From an uncultured delta proteobacterium (lineage in GTDB: Bacteria > Desulfobacterota > Desulfomonilia > UBA1062), in contig CAVVYZ010000009.1 of NCBI GenBank assembly GCA_963752595.1, forward strand, positions 64,001 to 128,000: a stretch of DNA of 64,000 bases, read 5' to 3'. This document shows, in pieces, positions 41,485 to 53,245 of this stretch (the stretch's first letter is position 1; the number at the start of each line of letters is the position of its first letter). The notes under the pieces were generated by a model. That model was not told the DNA's origin. It ran no database searches and saw only the letters and a program-made list of their open reading frames with translations. Position numbers and translations under genes: made by a program.

Positions 41485-42093
41485 GTGTCGGATCATCCCG
41501 GGAAAAAAGCCGAGCTCGACAAAGATGGTATTGCCTATGATTTCGGCAAGGCGGAGCTCGACAGAGACGGCGTGTCTCTTTCCGATGAACCCGGGGCCGA
41601 AGAACCCATACAGGAGGAAACGAAGCAGATCTCTTCAACGGAAACATCCAAACCCGCCTCCAAGCGTCGCCCGATACTCATCGCATCAATCGCATCAGGG
41701 CTCGTGATCGTGCTCGTCTCCATGGGCGTTCTCACCTATCATCTGACAAAAAAACCGCATGTGGATATTCCCATAAGCTATAAAAAACCCGCTCCTTCCC
41801 CCGCATTGGATTCACGAGAGGGAGATATTCTTCTTGATCCTTTCATGGTGCTCTATAATTCCCGCAAGCCCAAGGAGTCCGGCGTACTGCTCGCCCAGCT
41901 CAGCCTGCAGGCAAACCCGGAAACCGCATATAATATCGGCAGTAGGATGTATGAGATCAGGAACCTCATTTTTCAGAGACTCTCATCGAACGCCGACGTT
42001 TATTCAAAAGAAGAAATTGCTGCAATCATCCGTGATGATCTGAAATCACTCAATGTCAACAATGTCGTTTTTGTGGAATTCGATAAGAGGTGA
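41485..42093 (+). CDS. FliL-like membrane protein
   Basis: Acidic N-terminus, single TM, LDPFMV...EIRNLIF C-domain; flagellar context. Confidence 0.6.
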   Translation: MSDHPGKKAELDKDGIAYDFGKAELDRDGVSLSDEPGAEEPIQEETKQISSTETSKPASKRRPILIASIASGLVIVLVSMGVLTYHLTKKPHVDIPISYKKPAPSPALDSREGDILLDPFMVLYNSRKPKESGVLLAQLSLQANPETAYNIGSRMYEIRNLIFQRLSSNADVYSKEEIAAIIRDDLKSLNVNNVVFVEFDKR

Positions 42094-42141
42094 TTTTTTC
42101 ATTGGGAAGTGTAAGGTTAAAGAAATTAACTACGGAGGCGA

Positions 42142-44073
42142 GTGAAAAACTGCTCGCAAAGGTACCATATGGAACTGGCGAAAATCGATGAAATGATATT
42201 TTCGGAGGATTCTTCCCTGAGGAGGGAGGCGGCGGCCCTGCTTGCCGAAATCGGAGGAGATCGTGCATTCGACAAGCTCGAAATCCTGCTCAAGGATCGC
42301 AACAATGGAGTCCGGGATGCTGCCCAGAATTCTATCGTCATGCTCGGCGGAAGGACTGCCATCAAGAAAATGATCCCTCTCTTGACCTATGAGGATCCTT
42401 CGATCAGGAACATGGCCATCGATATCCTGAGAAAGATCGGCATCGACGGAGTAGATATCCTTCACGGGATTGCCAAGGACTCCAATGACAATATCCGTCT
42501 TTTTGTCCTCGATATCCTCGGCTCCATCGGGAATCAGGAGAGCCTTGATATCCTCATCGAAGGCCTTTACGATACGAATCCCAACGTGAGAAACGCAGCA
42601 GTTATTTCACTTGGAGAGATCGGCGGAGCCGCCGCATTCGAGCACCTGAAAAAGCTTATCAACGATGAAGAATGGATTCGCTTTTCCGTAATCGAATCCT
42701 TTGCCCGCATCCCCCATGAAGATGTAGTGGAATTTCTCCTGGATGAAATCAAGCGGTGGTCGAACGATGAGATCACCATTTGTGCCATCCTTGAATCTTT
42801 AGGCAAAATCGGATCGCGGGAAACGGTGCGGCCGCTCATGGATATGTTGAGGGGATCGGATGAGTATGTGGAAGTATCCATTGCCCAGACACTGCTCAAA
42901 ATAATGTCGCTCGACGATATTTTGGCGCTCGACCCTGAAGACGGACATTTCCTGAAGAATATCCTCGAGACACATCTTCTGGATGCAGATGACGAATTCC
43001 AGCACGACATGCTCGTCGCAATGGGAAGCATCGGTGACGGCGAAAGTGCACTGCGCATCATAGAACTGGCCAAGAAGGTAGACCCGGATCTCAATCCGGA
43101 TAAATGGGAAGATATCAAATCCGCACTCATCGCCCTTCACGATATCCCTCTCATGATCGGCCTGCTCGATGCAGATGAGAAGACCAGGATGCTTTCTTCA
43201 CAGGTACTCTCCGAGATCGGCGGCGAGAATGAAGGCCGGGAAATCAGTGTAAGGATACTCACAGCTCAAGGGTATGTGAAAAGGGCTATGACCGATACAC
43301 TGGCCCGTATCGGAGGCCCCTGCTCCAGGGATACTCTGCGCACGCTCATCCACGATCAGGACGGCCATGTCATCACTTCATCCTTGAAGGCCCTGGGCGA
43401 GATAGGCAATCCTGAGGATATCGATGAGATCATGAAGTTCCTCCAGCATCCGTACCCGGATGTAAAGAATGTCGCCCTGGGAGCCATCGCTTTGATTGGG
43501 ACCGACAAGGCGGAAAGCTGCTTTATGACGCTGATCAAGAATGCCGACCCCAAGATCCGCATTATGGCTCTCGCCGGCCTTGAGCGAACCAAGAGCGAGA
43601 AACTCAAAGAAGCGGTTGTCTATATGCTCAGGGATCAGGACTGGGAAGCTCGGATGTCCGCAGTCAAAGTCACCAAGGATATGATGCTCCCCATTGAAAA
43701 CGATCTGCTCAAGGCGCTCCTGAACGATGAACATGACGAGATCCGCCATCTTGCCATCGATATCGTGGGACAGAGGAAAATCCATGGATTACGATCATTC
43801 CTCGAAGATGCTATCTCAAATGACGAGATGTGGACCTCGTATCACGCCATCGAGGCCCTGGGCCGGTTCAAGGATGATGATGCAAAAATGAGGCTTTTGT
43901 CTATTCTGAAAAGCGGGCCCGATTTCCTGCGCATTTCTGCCGTGAAAGCCCTCGGCGAATGGGAAGACGAGTCCCTGGCCTTAGAGCTGGAAGTTTATAT
44001 GGATGACGATAATCTCGACGTTGCCAGGGCTGTTGCAGAGGCAGTGGACAAATTGCAGGGAGTTGCCTTCTGA
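42142..44073 (+). CDS. HEAT/PBS-lyase repeat protein
   Basis: Many repeats such as LYDTNPNVRNAAVISLGEIG and LQHPYPDVKNVALGAIALIG. Confidence 0.88.
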   Translation: MKNCSQRYHMELAKIDEMIFSEDSSLRREAAALLAEIGGDRAFDKLEILLKDRNNGVRDAAQNSIVMLGGRTAIKKMIPLLTYEDPSIRNMAIDILRKIGIDGVDILHGIAKDSNDNIRLFVLDILGSIGNQESLDILIEGLYDTNPNVRNAAVISLGEIGGAAAFEHLKKLINDEEWIRFSVIESFARIPHEDVVEFLLDEIKRWSNDEITICAILESLGKIGSRETVRPLMDMLRGSDEYVEVSIAQTLLKIMSLDDILALDPEDGHFLKNILETHLLDADDEFQHDMLVAMGSIGDGESALRIIELAKKVDPDLNPDKWEDIKSALIALHDIPLMIGLLDADEKTRMLSSQVLSEIGGENEGREISVRILTAQGYVKRAMTDTLARIGGPCSRDTLRTLIHDQDGHVITSSLKALGEIGNPEDIDEIMKFLQHPYPDVKNVALGAIALIGTDKAESCFMTLIKNADPKIRIMALAGLERTKSEKLKEAVVYMLRDQDWEARMSAVKVTKDMMLPIENDLLKALLNDEHDEIRHLAIDIVGQRKIHGLRSFLEDAISNDEMWTSYHAIEALGRFKDDDAKMRLLSILKSGPDFLRISAVKALGEWEDESLALELEVYMDDDNLDVARAVAEAVDKLQGVAF

Positions 44074-44975
44074 TGGAGCGACCGGTCATCGAGATCATAG
44101 AGAATATTGAAGAAATCCCAACGCTCCCCATGGTCGCCATGGAGGTAATGACTCTTTCCAAGACTCCCGGTGTCTCCATAAAGGCTATATCCGAATGCAT
44201 CCATAAGGATCCGCCGCTCGCGGCAAAGGTGTTGAAGCTGGCAAATTCGGCCTTTTACCGCAGGGGCGCCCAGGAGATCGATACCCTCCACCGGGCGATT
44301 CTCCTGATGGGACTCAATGAGATCATCAATATCACTACAACCGTATCAGTCCTCTCCATCCTGGGCATGAAAGACAAGAAGGGAGAATCCTTACGGATCA
44401 AGTTCTGGGATCACTGCGTTGCAACAGGCCTCATTGCACGGCATGTGGATAAAAAAATCCGTATGAAGTCACAAGGAAGGGAATTTGTCGGAGGCCTGCT
44501 CCATGATATCGGGAAGATCATTTTCGACGAGTTCTTCCACGATAAATTCATGGAAGCCCATGCGCTGTCGATCCGGAAGAACTGCTCCATGTTCGAGGCC
44601 GAAAAAGAAGTTCTCGGAACAACCCACATGGAGGTAGGACATTTCATAGCCCAGAAGTGGGGGCTGCCTCCATACCTTGCAGATATCAACCTGTACCATC
44701 ATCACCCGGGGAAAGCCCAGTTTAAGGACATCACCGCACTGGTCTCGATAGCAAACCTCCTTGCAAAGGCAAAAGAATTGTCCTGCGGCGGCGATTCGGT
44801 ATCGTTTGTATTGAAAGACCAGGAAGCCTGGCAAATCCTCAGGAAGATGGGGTATCCCATGGATGTCCTCGATATCGAGCGCATCACCTTTGAGATCGAA
44901 GATATCGGGGAAGAGGTAAAGGCATACCTTTCCACGGTGTCCGAGGAGCCTGTCAAGGAGGATAACCGTGGCTGA
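44073..44975 (+). CDS. HDOD domain protein
   Basis: PTLP; DPPLAAKVLKLANSAFY; GLLHDIGK; HMEVG; W.LP; YHHHP. Confidence 0.92.
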   Translation: MERPVIEIIENIEEIPTLPMVAMEVMTLSKTPGVSIKAISECIHKDPPLAAKVLKLANSAFYRRGAQEIDTLHRAILLMGLNEIINITTTVSVLSILGMKDKKGESLRIKFWDHCVATGLIARHVDKKIRMKSQGREFVGGLLHDIGKIIFDEFFHDKFMEAHALSIRKNCSMFEAEKEVLGTTHMEVGHFIAQKWGLPPYLADINLYHHHPGKAQFKDITALVSIANLLAKAKELSCGGDSVSFVLKDQEAWQILRKMGYPMDVLDIERITFEIEDIGEEVKAYLSTVSEEPVKEDNRG

Positions 44976-45828
44976 TTATCTTGCCTCGGCACCGGCCCAG
45001 ATGACCGACGAAACCTTCCGGCTGCTTCGGGACTTCATCTATGAACACTCGGGAATATACTTCTCCGACAACAAGAAGGCCCAGCTTGAAAACAGGCTGT
45101 CCTTACGGCTGCGGGCAAATAATCTTCCGGACTTCGATAAATACTATTACATGCTCAAGTATGATCCCCAGGCATCAAAAGAGCTTCGGGCCCTGTTCGA
45201 TTCGGTAACCACCAATGAAACGAGCTTCTTCAGGAGCCCTCCCCAGATCCAGGCATTCCAGGAGAAGGCTTTGCCCGAAATCATGCAGCGAAGGATCGAA
45301 AAGGGAGAAAAGGTTTTGCGACTCTGGTCGGCAGGTTGTTCGACCGGCGATGAGCCCTATACGATGGGCATCGTGATGAAAGAGGTTCTGGCGGATACGC
45401 TCAAAGAATGGGATATCAAGATATTTGCCAGTGATATCAGCGAGAAGGCATTGAAATCCGCACGTGCTTCGGCATACAATGAATACACATTGAGATCCGT
45501 ACCTCCGGAGATCAAGAGAAAGTATTTTTTACAGAGTGGATCACAATTTACGGTCTGCGATGAGATACGGATGCTTGTCGAGCTGCAGTATCTGAATTTC
45601 AATGATACGAATCGTGTCAAGCTTATGCGGGGATTCGACATCATCTTTTGCAGAAATGTCCTCATCTACTTTGACGACGATGCAAAAAAAAGATTTGTCG
45701 CACAACTTTATGACAACCTAAATCCAGGAGGATACCTATTCATCGGCCATTCGGAGTCGCTCCACAATATCTCGCGCGCTTTCAAACTGGTTCATTTCCC
45801 CGGCGCCCTGGGCTATAAGAAGGAGTAG
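44968..45828 (+). CDS. cheR: Protein-glutamate O-methyltransferase CheR
   Basis: TTNETSFFR; WSAGCSTGDEPY; FDIIFCRNVLIYF; GGYLFIGHSESL. Confidence 0.95.
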   Translation: MADYLASAPAQMTDETFRLLRDFIYEHSGIYFSDNKKAQLENRLSLRLRANNLPDFDKYYYMLKYDPQASKELRALFDSVTTNETSFFRSPPQIQAFQEKALPEIMQRRIEKGEKVLRLWSAGCSTGDEPYTMGIVMKEVLADTLKEWDIKIFASDISEKALKSARASAYNEYTLRSVPPEIKRKYFLQSGSQFTVCDEIRMLVELQYLNFNDTNRVKLMRGFDIIFCRNVLIYFDDDAKKRFVAQLYDNLNPGGYLFIGHSESLHNISRAFKLVHFPGALGYKKE

Positions 45829-45840
45829 GTGGAGAAGGAT

Positions 45841-46216
45841 ATGGATAAGATACTCATCGTAGACGATTCAGCGACCGTCAGAAAACTCCTGGTCCATACC
45901 TTGAAACCGAAAAATATCCTTTGCGTAGAGGCATGCGACGGGTTTGACGCCCTTGAGAAGCTGGCGCTGCATCCCGGAAATCAGGCTCGTGATATCCGAC
46001 TTGAACATGCCCAACATGGACGGCATCGAGCTCATACCGAACATCAGGCAGGATCCTCAATACAAGGACCTGCCCATCATCATGCTCACCACCGAGGCAT
46101 CACCGGACAACCGGAAGCTCGCCTTCGACGCCGGGGCGAACCTCTACCTGGTGAAGCCCTCCCCTGCCCACATCATCCTTTTCAAGGTGCAGAGCCTGCT
46201 GGAGGCGGATAAGTGA
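45841..46216 (+). CDS. Single-domain CheY-like response regulator (frameshift near 45975)
   Basis: ILIVDDSATVRK in one frame joins SDLNMPNMDG...MLTTE...YLVKP in the next. Confidence 0.85.
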
Positions 46217-46541
46217 TCCTACGAATTTAGTGGCTTAAAAATATAGAATCCTGAGGCTCCTCCACTGATTCATTGATCACAACGTGGCACTTCCTCGAAA
46301 AGACAATTTGTAAGTAACACTCATGAGGTTTTGGGTATGAGGGTAACACGTTTGAGCATCAAAAAGCGCCGTCGTGTCACTGCAGACCCCCTAGCTCCCC
46401 TTCTCCTCCGTACCATGTATTTAATGACAACTCACATGAAGCGGTCGTTAGAATGATTCATTATTCGGGTAAAAACATTTTGGCAATCTTCTGCTTTGGA
46501 CGAAAACCATATCCTGTATGAATTCACATTCCGGGTTGTTC

Positions 46542-47228
46542 TCATCCGATCTTACGGCCCAGCTTGATGCTGTAGGCCTGATCCCGGGTTACGATGATAT
46601 GGTCGTGCACAGGGATGCCGAGCTGATCGCCGAGTTCGGTGAGCGAGCGGGTGAGCCGTTCGTCGTGGGATGACGGGGTAAGGGTTCCCGATGGGTGGTT
46701 GTGAATTAAAATCAGCGAGGTGGCGCCTTTCATCAGGGCTGTCTTGAATACCTCCCGCGGATACACGTGGGCCATGTTCACCGTGCCTTTGGAGAGATGC
46801 TCGGTATAGATGAGATTCCCTGCCGAGTTCAGGCACAGGAGCAAGAAATGCTCGTTTTTCTCGCCGCCGATCTCGGATTGGATGTATCTGAGCACCGCCT
46901 CCGGGCTGTCCAGAGTAATGTCGGCATCTTCACAGGGTGCAAGGCACCTGCTCATGCATGCCTTTACGAGCTTGATGAGCGTCCCCGCATACTCGCCGAT
47001 GCCTTTCCTTGATTCGAGCTCTTCCGGTGATTCGTCAAAGATCCTGCGCAGATTTCCAAAGTGGTCGATGAGGTCTTTGGCAATGGGCTTCGTATCCTTT
47101 TGAACCACGGCATACCCCAGGAGAAGTTCCAGGATCTCATAATCCTGCAGAGCATCCTTGCCTGCCTTCCGGAAACGCTCTCTCAGGCGTTTCCGGTGAC
47201 CTCGATAATGGGGCTTCTCATCAGTCAT
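46542..47228 (-). CDS. radC: RadC family JAB-domain protein
   Basis: GHRKRLRERF; DYEILELLL; VYPREV; HNHPSG; VHDHIIV. Confidence 0.92.
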   Translation of the reverse strand: MTDEKPHYRGHRKRLRERFRKAGKDALQDYEILELLLGYAVVQKDTKPIAKDLIDHFGNLRRIFDESPEELESRKGIGEYAGTLIKLVKACMSRCLAPCEDADITLDSPEAVLRYIQSEIGGEKNEHFLLLCLNSAGNLIYTEHLSKGTVNMAHVYPREVFKTALMKGATSLILIHNHPSGTLTPSSHDERLTRSLTELGDQLGIPVHDHIIVTRDQAYSIKLGRKIG

Positions 47229-48793
47229 CACATTTCCCGATATCCCGGCAAGGGCTTCGGCTGTAGAGGGAATAGAAAGACCAGGGGAGCAGTTCATCCC
47301 CGTCGCGCTCTCTGATGGCATAGTAATCGGGGTTGCGGGGCCACTGTTTCAGGACCTCCTGCCACTGCGACGGCTCTCGTCCCGCCATCTCGATAAGCAC
47401 ATCCAGGATATGCCGGTCGCCCCGGGCGATCATGGCCTGCAGATAGGCCCATTTGGGGCCTTCGAAGCTTACCGAGACGTTGCTCTGAGCGCTCAAGCCC
47501 TTGGATATCTTCCTGATCCTCTTTTTTGCTTCGCCGGGCTCGATCATGCCTACCCTCTCGTACCTCGAGTGGGGTTTCGGGACCATAGTATTGACGCTCA
47601 AAGCTATCTTCCCGATCCGTTTGTTTCCTTTGGAAACATGGACAAAGACCTGCCGTATGCGCCTGGTCAGATCAATGACGGCGTCGATATCATCGTGTTC
47701 CTCACCGGGCAGTCCCACCATGAAATAAAGCTTGATGTCCCGGATGCCGCTGCTGATCAGCGCGGTGACATCTTCCAGGATAGTCTCGTTGCTCACGACC
47801 TTCCCGAGCGAGGAGCGTAAATTATCGGAACCGACCTCTGGCGCAAGCGTCACGCCGTTCACCTTCGACTCCTTAAGGTAATCGAGGAGCTCTTTAGAGA
47901 TCATGCCCAGGCGTAGCGACGGGGGGGCGATCCTGATCCCTCTCGAAGAGATTTCAGACAGGATCTCGGAGAGCTGGGGGTGGTTGTTCAGCGAGGTACT
48001 CACCAGGCCGAGCTTCCTCCCGGAAGAGAGTGCTTTCTCGAAAACATCCTGCAAGTCCTTCACACCCACGGGCCGAAACGGTGAATAGATTTCCCGGGCA
48101 GTGCAGAATTTGCAGTGGTAGGGGCATCCACGTGCGATCTCGGCCAGGAACATATCCTGGAATACGGTTTTATCCGTGAGAATGACCGAGTAGCCCGGGT
48201 TTGTCGAATGGATCTACAATGGAGACGCCGGGCCTGTACCCCGGCGAATTCCCGGTATCCTCTCCTCCTCATAGACCGGATACGTCCGCTCAGGAATGTA
48301 GATGCCCTGAACACCCTGCAGCCTGTCCAGAAAGCCTCTCGGTCGGTGCTCTGAAAAAAGGCATCGGAGAGGGCGGACGCAAGGGGCTCCCCTTCTCCAA
48401 GGAAGCACAGGTCGAGGCATCGGCCACGGGCTCCGGGTTGATGGTCGCAGCGGACCCTCCTGCCAGGACGATGGGCCCGTGCCGGGCGGTCCCTCGCCCG
48501 GAGCGGGATATTGTTCTTTGAGCATGATGCGGAGCATGTTGATCCAGTCGAGCTCATAGGAGACGGAAAATGCAATGACGTGGAAATCCTGGAGGGACCG
48601 CGATGATTCCACGGAACGTTCGAAATCCGGTGAAAAAGCGTTCGCACACGATGGAGGGATGGCGTTCAACACCCGGTACATGGTGTGCAGGCCGAGGTTG
48701 GACATCCCCACAAAGTAGGTGTTGGGGTACACGAGGGCAATGTTCAGCTTGCCCCCCGGGATCCTTGCGGACCGCGCCCTTTTCATCCGACAT
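47221..48793 (-). CDS. Radical SAM protein with B12-binding-like N-domain (several frameshifts)
   Basis: EKGAVRKDPGG/IALVYPNTYFVGMSNLG; EIARGCPYHCKFC; TLAPEVGS; KLYFMVGLP. Confidence 0.82.
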
Positions 48794-50138
48794 CTATTCC
48801 AGTCCCTTGATCTTCCTGTGCAGGTTGCTCCGCTCTACGCCGATGAGGTCCGCTGTCTTGGAGATGTTGTTCCCGCACTCCTTGAGCTTGTTTTCGATGA
48901 AAATCCTTTCAAACTCCGCCCTGGCATCCTTGAGCAGGGTAATGCCGATGAGCTTGTCCGTGATCCGAGACGGACCTCGACCCAGAGGCAGGATATCGTC
49001 CGCCAGTGATGGTATCGCCCGGGCGTCATGATCACGAGCCGCTCGATGATGTTTTTCAGCTCTCTCACGTTGCCGGGCCAGTCGTGCTGCATGAGCTTCT
49101 TGACCGCGCCTTCGGTGATGGTCTTCTTCTTCCCGCCCTTCAGTGAGGAGAAGAGCTTGAGGAAGTGCTCCACGAGCTCCGGGATATCTTCTTTGCGGTC
49201 GATGAGCCGCGGCACATAGATGGGAATGACGTTGAGCCTGTAGTAGAGGTCCTGCCTGAATCTGCCCGGCCGCAATCTCATTTTCGAGGTCCTTGTTCGT
49301 GGCCGTAAACACCCGGACGTCCACCTGGATGGTCTGGCCGCCGCCTACCCTCTCGAACCTCTGCTCCTGGAGGATTCTCAGGATCTTGGCCTGGGTGGGC
49401 AGGCTCATGTCCGCGATCTCATCCAGAAAGAGCGTGCCGTTATGGGCCAGATCGAACTTGCCCCGCCTTCTCTCCGTGGCGCCGGTAAAGGCCCCCTTCT
49501 CATGCCCGAACAGCTCGCTTTCTATGAGCTCTTCCGGGGATGGCGGCACAGTTCACCTCGATGAACGGCTGTTTCGCCCGTATGCTCTTTTTATGGAGCC
49601 TCCTTGCAACCAGCTCCTTTCCGGTCCCGTTCTCCCCCAGGATGAGGACCCATGCGTCCGACGGTGCAGCACGGTCGATCTGATCCTTCAGCCTCCTGAT
49701 GGCCTGGGAATTCCCGATGATCTCGTCATCCTTCTCGGTCTTTTTCCGGAGGAGCGCGTTCTCCTCTTCCAGGGCCTTCAGGTGCAGCGTATTATGGAGG
49801 GTGATGATGATCTTGTTCAGGTCCAGGGGTTTTTCAACGAAGTCAAGCGCCCCCAGCCTGGTCGCCCGTACTGCCGTATCGATGGACCCGTGACCGGTCA
49901 TGATGATCACCGGGATCGGGCATCCGTTATTTTTCAGCTCCTCCAGGATCTGCAGCCCATCTTTGCCGGGCATCCATATATCCAGAAGTATAAGATCCAC
50001 TTCATTGTTTTCAATGATCTGGAGCGCCTCTTCACCTGTTCCGGCCAGCAGTGTGTTGTACCCCTCGTCCTCAAGACCCCCCTTGAGGGAAAACCGTATA
50101 CTCTCCTCGTCATCCACTATCAATATCGTACGTTTCAT
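48794..50138 (-). CDS. ntrX: NtrX-like sigma-54-dependent response regulator (frameshifts)
   Basis: LLDIWMPG; GENGTGKE; [15 protein letters not shown]; WPGNVREL; [22 protein letters not shown]. Confidence 0.85.
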
Positions 50139-50141
50139 GAA

Positions 50142-52324
50142 CTACTCCTTTACCGGCAATTCTATGCTGAAAACAGTTCCCATGGGCGTATTGTCCCTGA
50201 CCCGGATGAATCCGTTGTGATCCGATACGATCCTGTTGACGATAACCAGCCCGAGCCCGGTCCCGCCCCTTTTCGTGGAAAAGTACGGCTCGAACAGGCG
50301 CTCCTTCACCTTCAGGCTGATACCCGTGCCCGTATCGGAAATATCAAGGGTGGCGATGTGCACATCGGAATCATAGCTCGTATGTATGCTCACCATCTTC
50401 CGGGAGTTCGCACACTCAAGGACTGCGGTGGTTGCATTCTCCAGCAGATTGCCGATGGCCCTGCTCATCTGGGAGCCGTCGATCTCCACCATGGGCAGCG
50501 TTTCATCGAGCCTGATCTCGTAGGTGACCGCGGGATGGGCCTGTTTATAGAGCGCAACCGCATCCTGCACCACCTTGTTGAGGTTTCCCGGGAGGGCATG
50601 CACGAAGGCATTTTGGCGAATGCTGAGAACTCATTCACCAGCCGCTTCATTTCATCCACTTCATTGATAATGACCCGGGTGCACTCATCAAAGACCGCTC
50701 CATCGTCTCCGAGCTTCTCAATGTATCTGCGCCTGAGCCTCTGGGCCGACAACTGGATGGGGGTGAGCGGGTTCTTCACCTCGTGCGCTATCCTCCGTGC
50801 CACCTCCCTCCATGCAGCCATACGCTCCATCTTCTGCAGCTGGGTCAGGTCGTCGAATACCACAACGGTACCGAGGTGCTCGTCGTTATCATCATAGAGG
50901 AACGATGCGTGACCCAGCAGCGTGAGCCGTTTGCCGTCCACGATGACGGATATCTGTTTCTGGGTCGTGATCCCTTTGGACTTCTTGAAATTTTCAATCA
51001 GCTCCGTGGAAATCGGGCCCAAATCACCTGCGAAAACTTCTTCATACCTCTTTCCCACCGGCGATTCCTGGGATATGCCGAGCATTGCCCTGGCTGCGGG
51101 ATTGAGGAAAATGACGGTGTCATCCTGCTGGAGCGTGATCACTCCTGTGGAGATGTTGTTCAGCACGGTGCCGATGTAGCGGTTTCTGTTCTGGATATCG
51201 TTATATGCTTTCTCGAGCTGTCTCCTCGATTCCTTCAGGTCGTTGACCATGGTGTTGAAGTCCTGCACGAGGAGGCCGAGCTCATCATTGGACCGGACAT
51301 CGATGGAAAAACTCAAATCTCCACGGGATATCCGCTGGGTGCCTTCCACGAGCTTTTCTATAGGGTTGATGAGCCCCTTGGAGACATTCATTCCGAACCA
51401 TACCGCGGAGAAAATCACCAAGAGCGTTATGGAGGTGAGGATGATGATGTAGTTGGTCTTTATCGGGCCTTTTATCTTGAGGCTCTGGATATAGTCGGTA
51501 AAGGTGCTGCGGATGATTCCCATCCGGCCTGAAAGGCTCTCCGGGATGTAATAATCAACCACCAGCACCCCCACCACGTCCCGCAAGTTGAAGGATGACC
51601 TGATGGGCACGATCCCTTCGATGATATCCGCATTGCCCGTCCTCAAGACAAAGGACATGGTCTTCCCCTCCATGGCTCCATGGACAAGGTTCGACTGCGT
51701 CGACGGCATGCTGGCGACGCCGACCTCGGGGGATATGATCTTCACGAGCTCTTCACCCTGGGATGAGAAGACCTCGACGGAGGAAAGCCGGAACAGGGCC
51801 ATCTTCTCCTGGAGCATGGCCTTCATAATATCGAGGTTCTCCTCCTTCAGGAGCCTTCTCTCGGTTATTTCGGCCGATATGGAGCTCGCATAGTGGATGG
51901 CTTCTGCAGACGACTCTTTGTAGTAGATGTTCGCGACGTTCATGGATTCTTCGATGGCGGTCTCCACCTCTGATGAGAGCCAGCCTTCCATGCTGCTGTT
52001 CAGGAAGAGAATGCTTGTGAAGAACAGCACCATAGTGGGGATGATCGTGAGCGTTACAAAGGCAATGACGAGCTTTGCCCTGAGCCGTGTTCCCAGGACG
52101 CCCTGCTGTCGCTCCATGAAGAGCTTGGCAAGGTTGCGGGTTACGAGGAAGATCACGAGCACGAGCAGCACAATGTTCAGGCTGATCACCGCGAAGATGA
52201 GGATATTACTCGAAAGAGACAGGGCCTGGAGATTGCGGATATTCGTCCGTGCAATACTCAGGAGTGCAATCATCCCGATGATGATAAAAATATAGATAAT
52301 CTCTCTCGTTCTCTTGGATATCAC
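50142..52324 (-). CDS. ntrY: NtrY-like HAMP/PAS sensor histidine kinase (frameshift near 50600)
   Basis: GTRLRAKLV; HAMP DELG; AAWREVARRIAHEVKNPLTPIQLSAQRL; FEPYFSTK.GGTGLGL. Confidence 0.88.
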
Positions 52325-53142
52325 GGCAGACTGCCCTCCTGGAGATAGGCCTCACGGATCTTCCTTGCAAGGGCGATGTGCAGCCGGTGGCTGGCCTTAT
52401 ATGCCCTGATACCGGCTTCCAGGGGAGCTCCCAATGTCCAGAGATCACCCAGGATGTCCAGAATCTTATGCCGGACGAATTCATCAGGGAATCGAAGCCC
52501 CTCGGGGTTGAGAACCTTGGCCTCATCGACAACCACGGCATTCTCGAGGCTTCCGCCTAAAGCAAGCCCTGCAGAGCGCATCTTTTCGACATCGGAGAGC
52601 AGGCCAAAGGTCCTGGCAGGGGCTATTTCCGTGCCGTAATTCAACCCGTCATAAGAAAACTGCTGCCTGCCGATGGCGAAGCTTGGAAACTCTATCTCAT
52701 AAGTAACGGAAAAAAGGCCGGGTGCTGCCTCGACAAAGCTTTCTCCCTCCTCAACCCTGATAAGATCACGGATTCTCACCGGCAGCGCTTCTTCCGGGAG
52801 ACCTTCCAGGCCGGCACCGAGAATCCGGGTATAAAAGGGAAGCGCGGAACCGTCCACAGCAGGGATCTCTTCCCCGAGGATCTCGATCTCGCAGTCCGTG
52901 ACGGACAACCCCCAAAGGCAGGACATGAGGTGCTCGATGGTGGAAATCGTAATGCCTTTGTTGCCCAGGGTGGTATTGAGCCTGGTATCCACGACATTTT
53001 CCGGTGAGGCCGGTATCCTTTCCCCTTGCTTCGCAAACACGATCCCGGCACTCCCCGGCCGTATTGAAATTGCGGCCGGGCCGCCTTTATGAAGGCCGAC
53101 CCCTTGAATACGGATTTCACGCTTTAGTGTCCTACGCCTCAT
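52321..53142 (-). CDS. lpxC: UDP-3-O-acyl-GlcNAc deacetylase
   Basis: GVGLH; TIEHLMS; DGSA; ARTFG; GGSLENA; EFVRHKILD. Confidence 0.95.
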   Translation of the reverse strand: MRRRTLKREIRIQGVGLHKGGPAAISIRPGSAGIVFAKQGERIPASPENVVDTRLNTTLGNKGITISTIEHLMSCLWGLSVTDCEIEILGEEIPAVDGSALPFYTRILGAGLEGLPEEALPVRIRDLIRVEEGESFVEAAPGLFSVTYEIEFPSFAIGRQQFSYDGLNYGTEIAPARTFGLLSDVEKMRSAGLALGGSLENAVVVDEAKVLNPEGLRFPDEFVRHKILDILGDLWTLGAPLEAGIRAYKASHRLHIALARKIREAYLQEGSLP

Positions 53143-53245
53143 ATTGACCCCTAGACTATGGAACATAAGCCCATTAGTCAAATAGTAAAAGCCTGATCGC
53201 TCTTTGGTTTGACACAGGGGGGAAAAACCCTTATATGATCATTCC

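Noticed and set aside
46542-47228. radC as a marker of a mobile element
   Set aside because: Full-length chromosomal type, overlapping a housekeeping radical SAM gene; no integrase or transposase nearby.
49293-50897. 534-aa + strand ORF
   Set aside because: Shadow ORF antisense to ntrX/ntrY.
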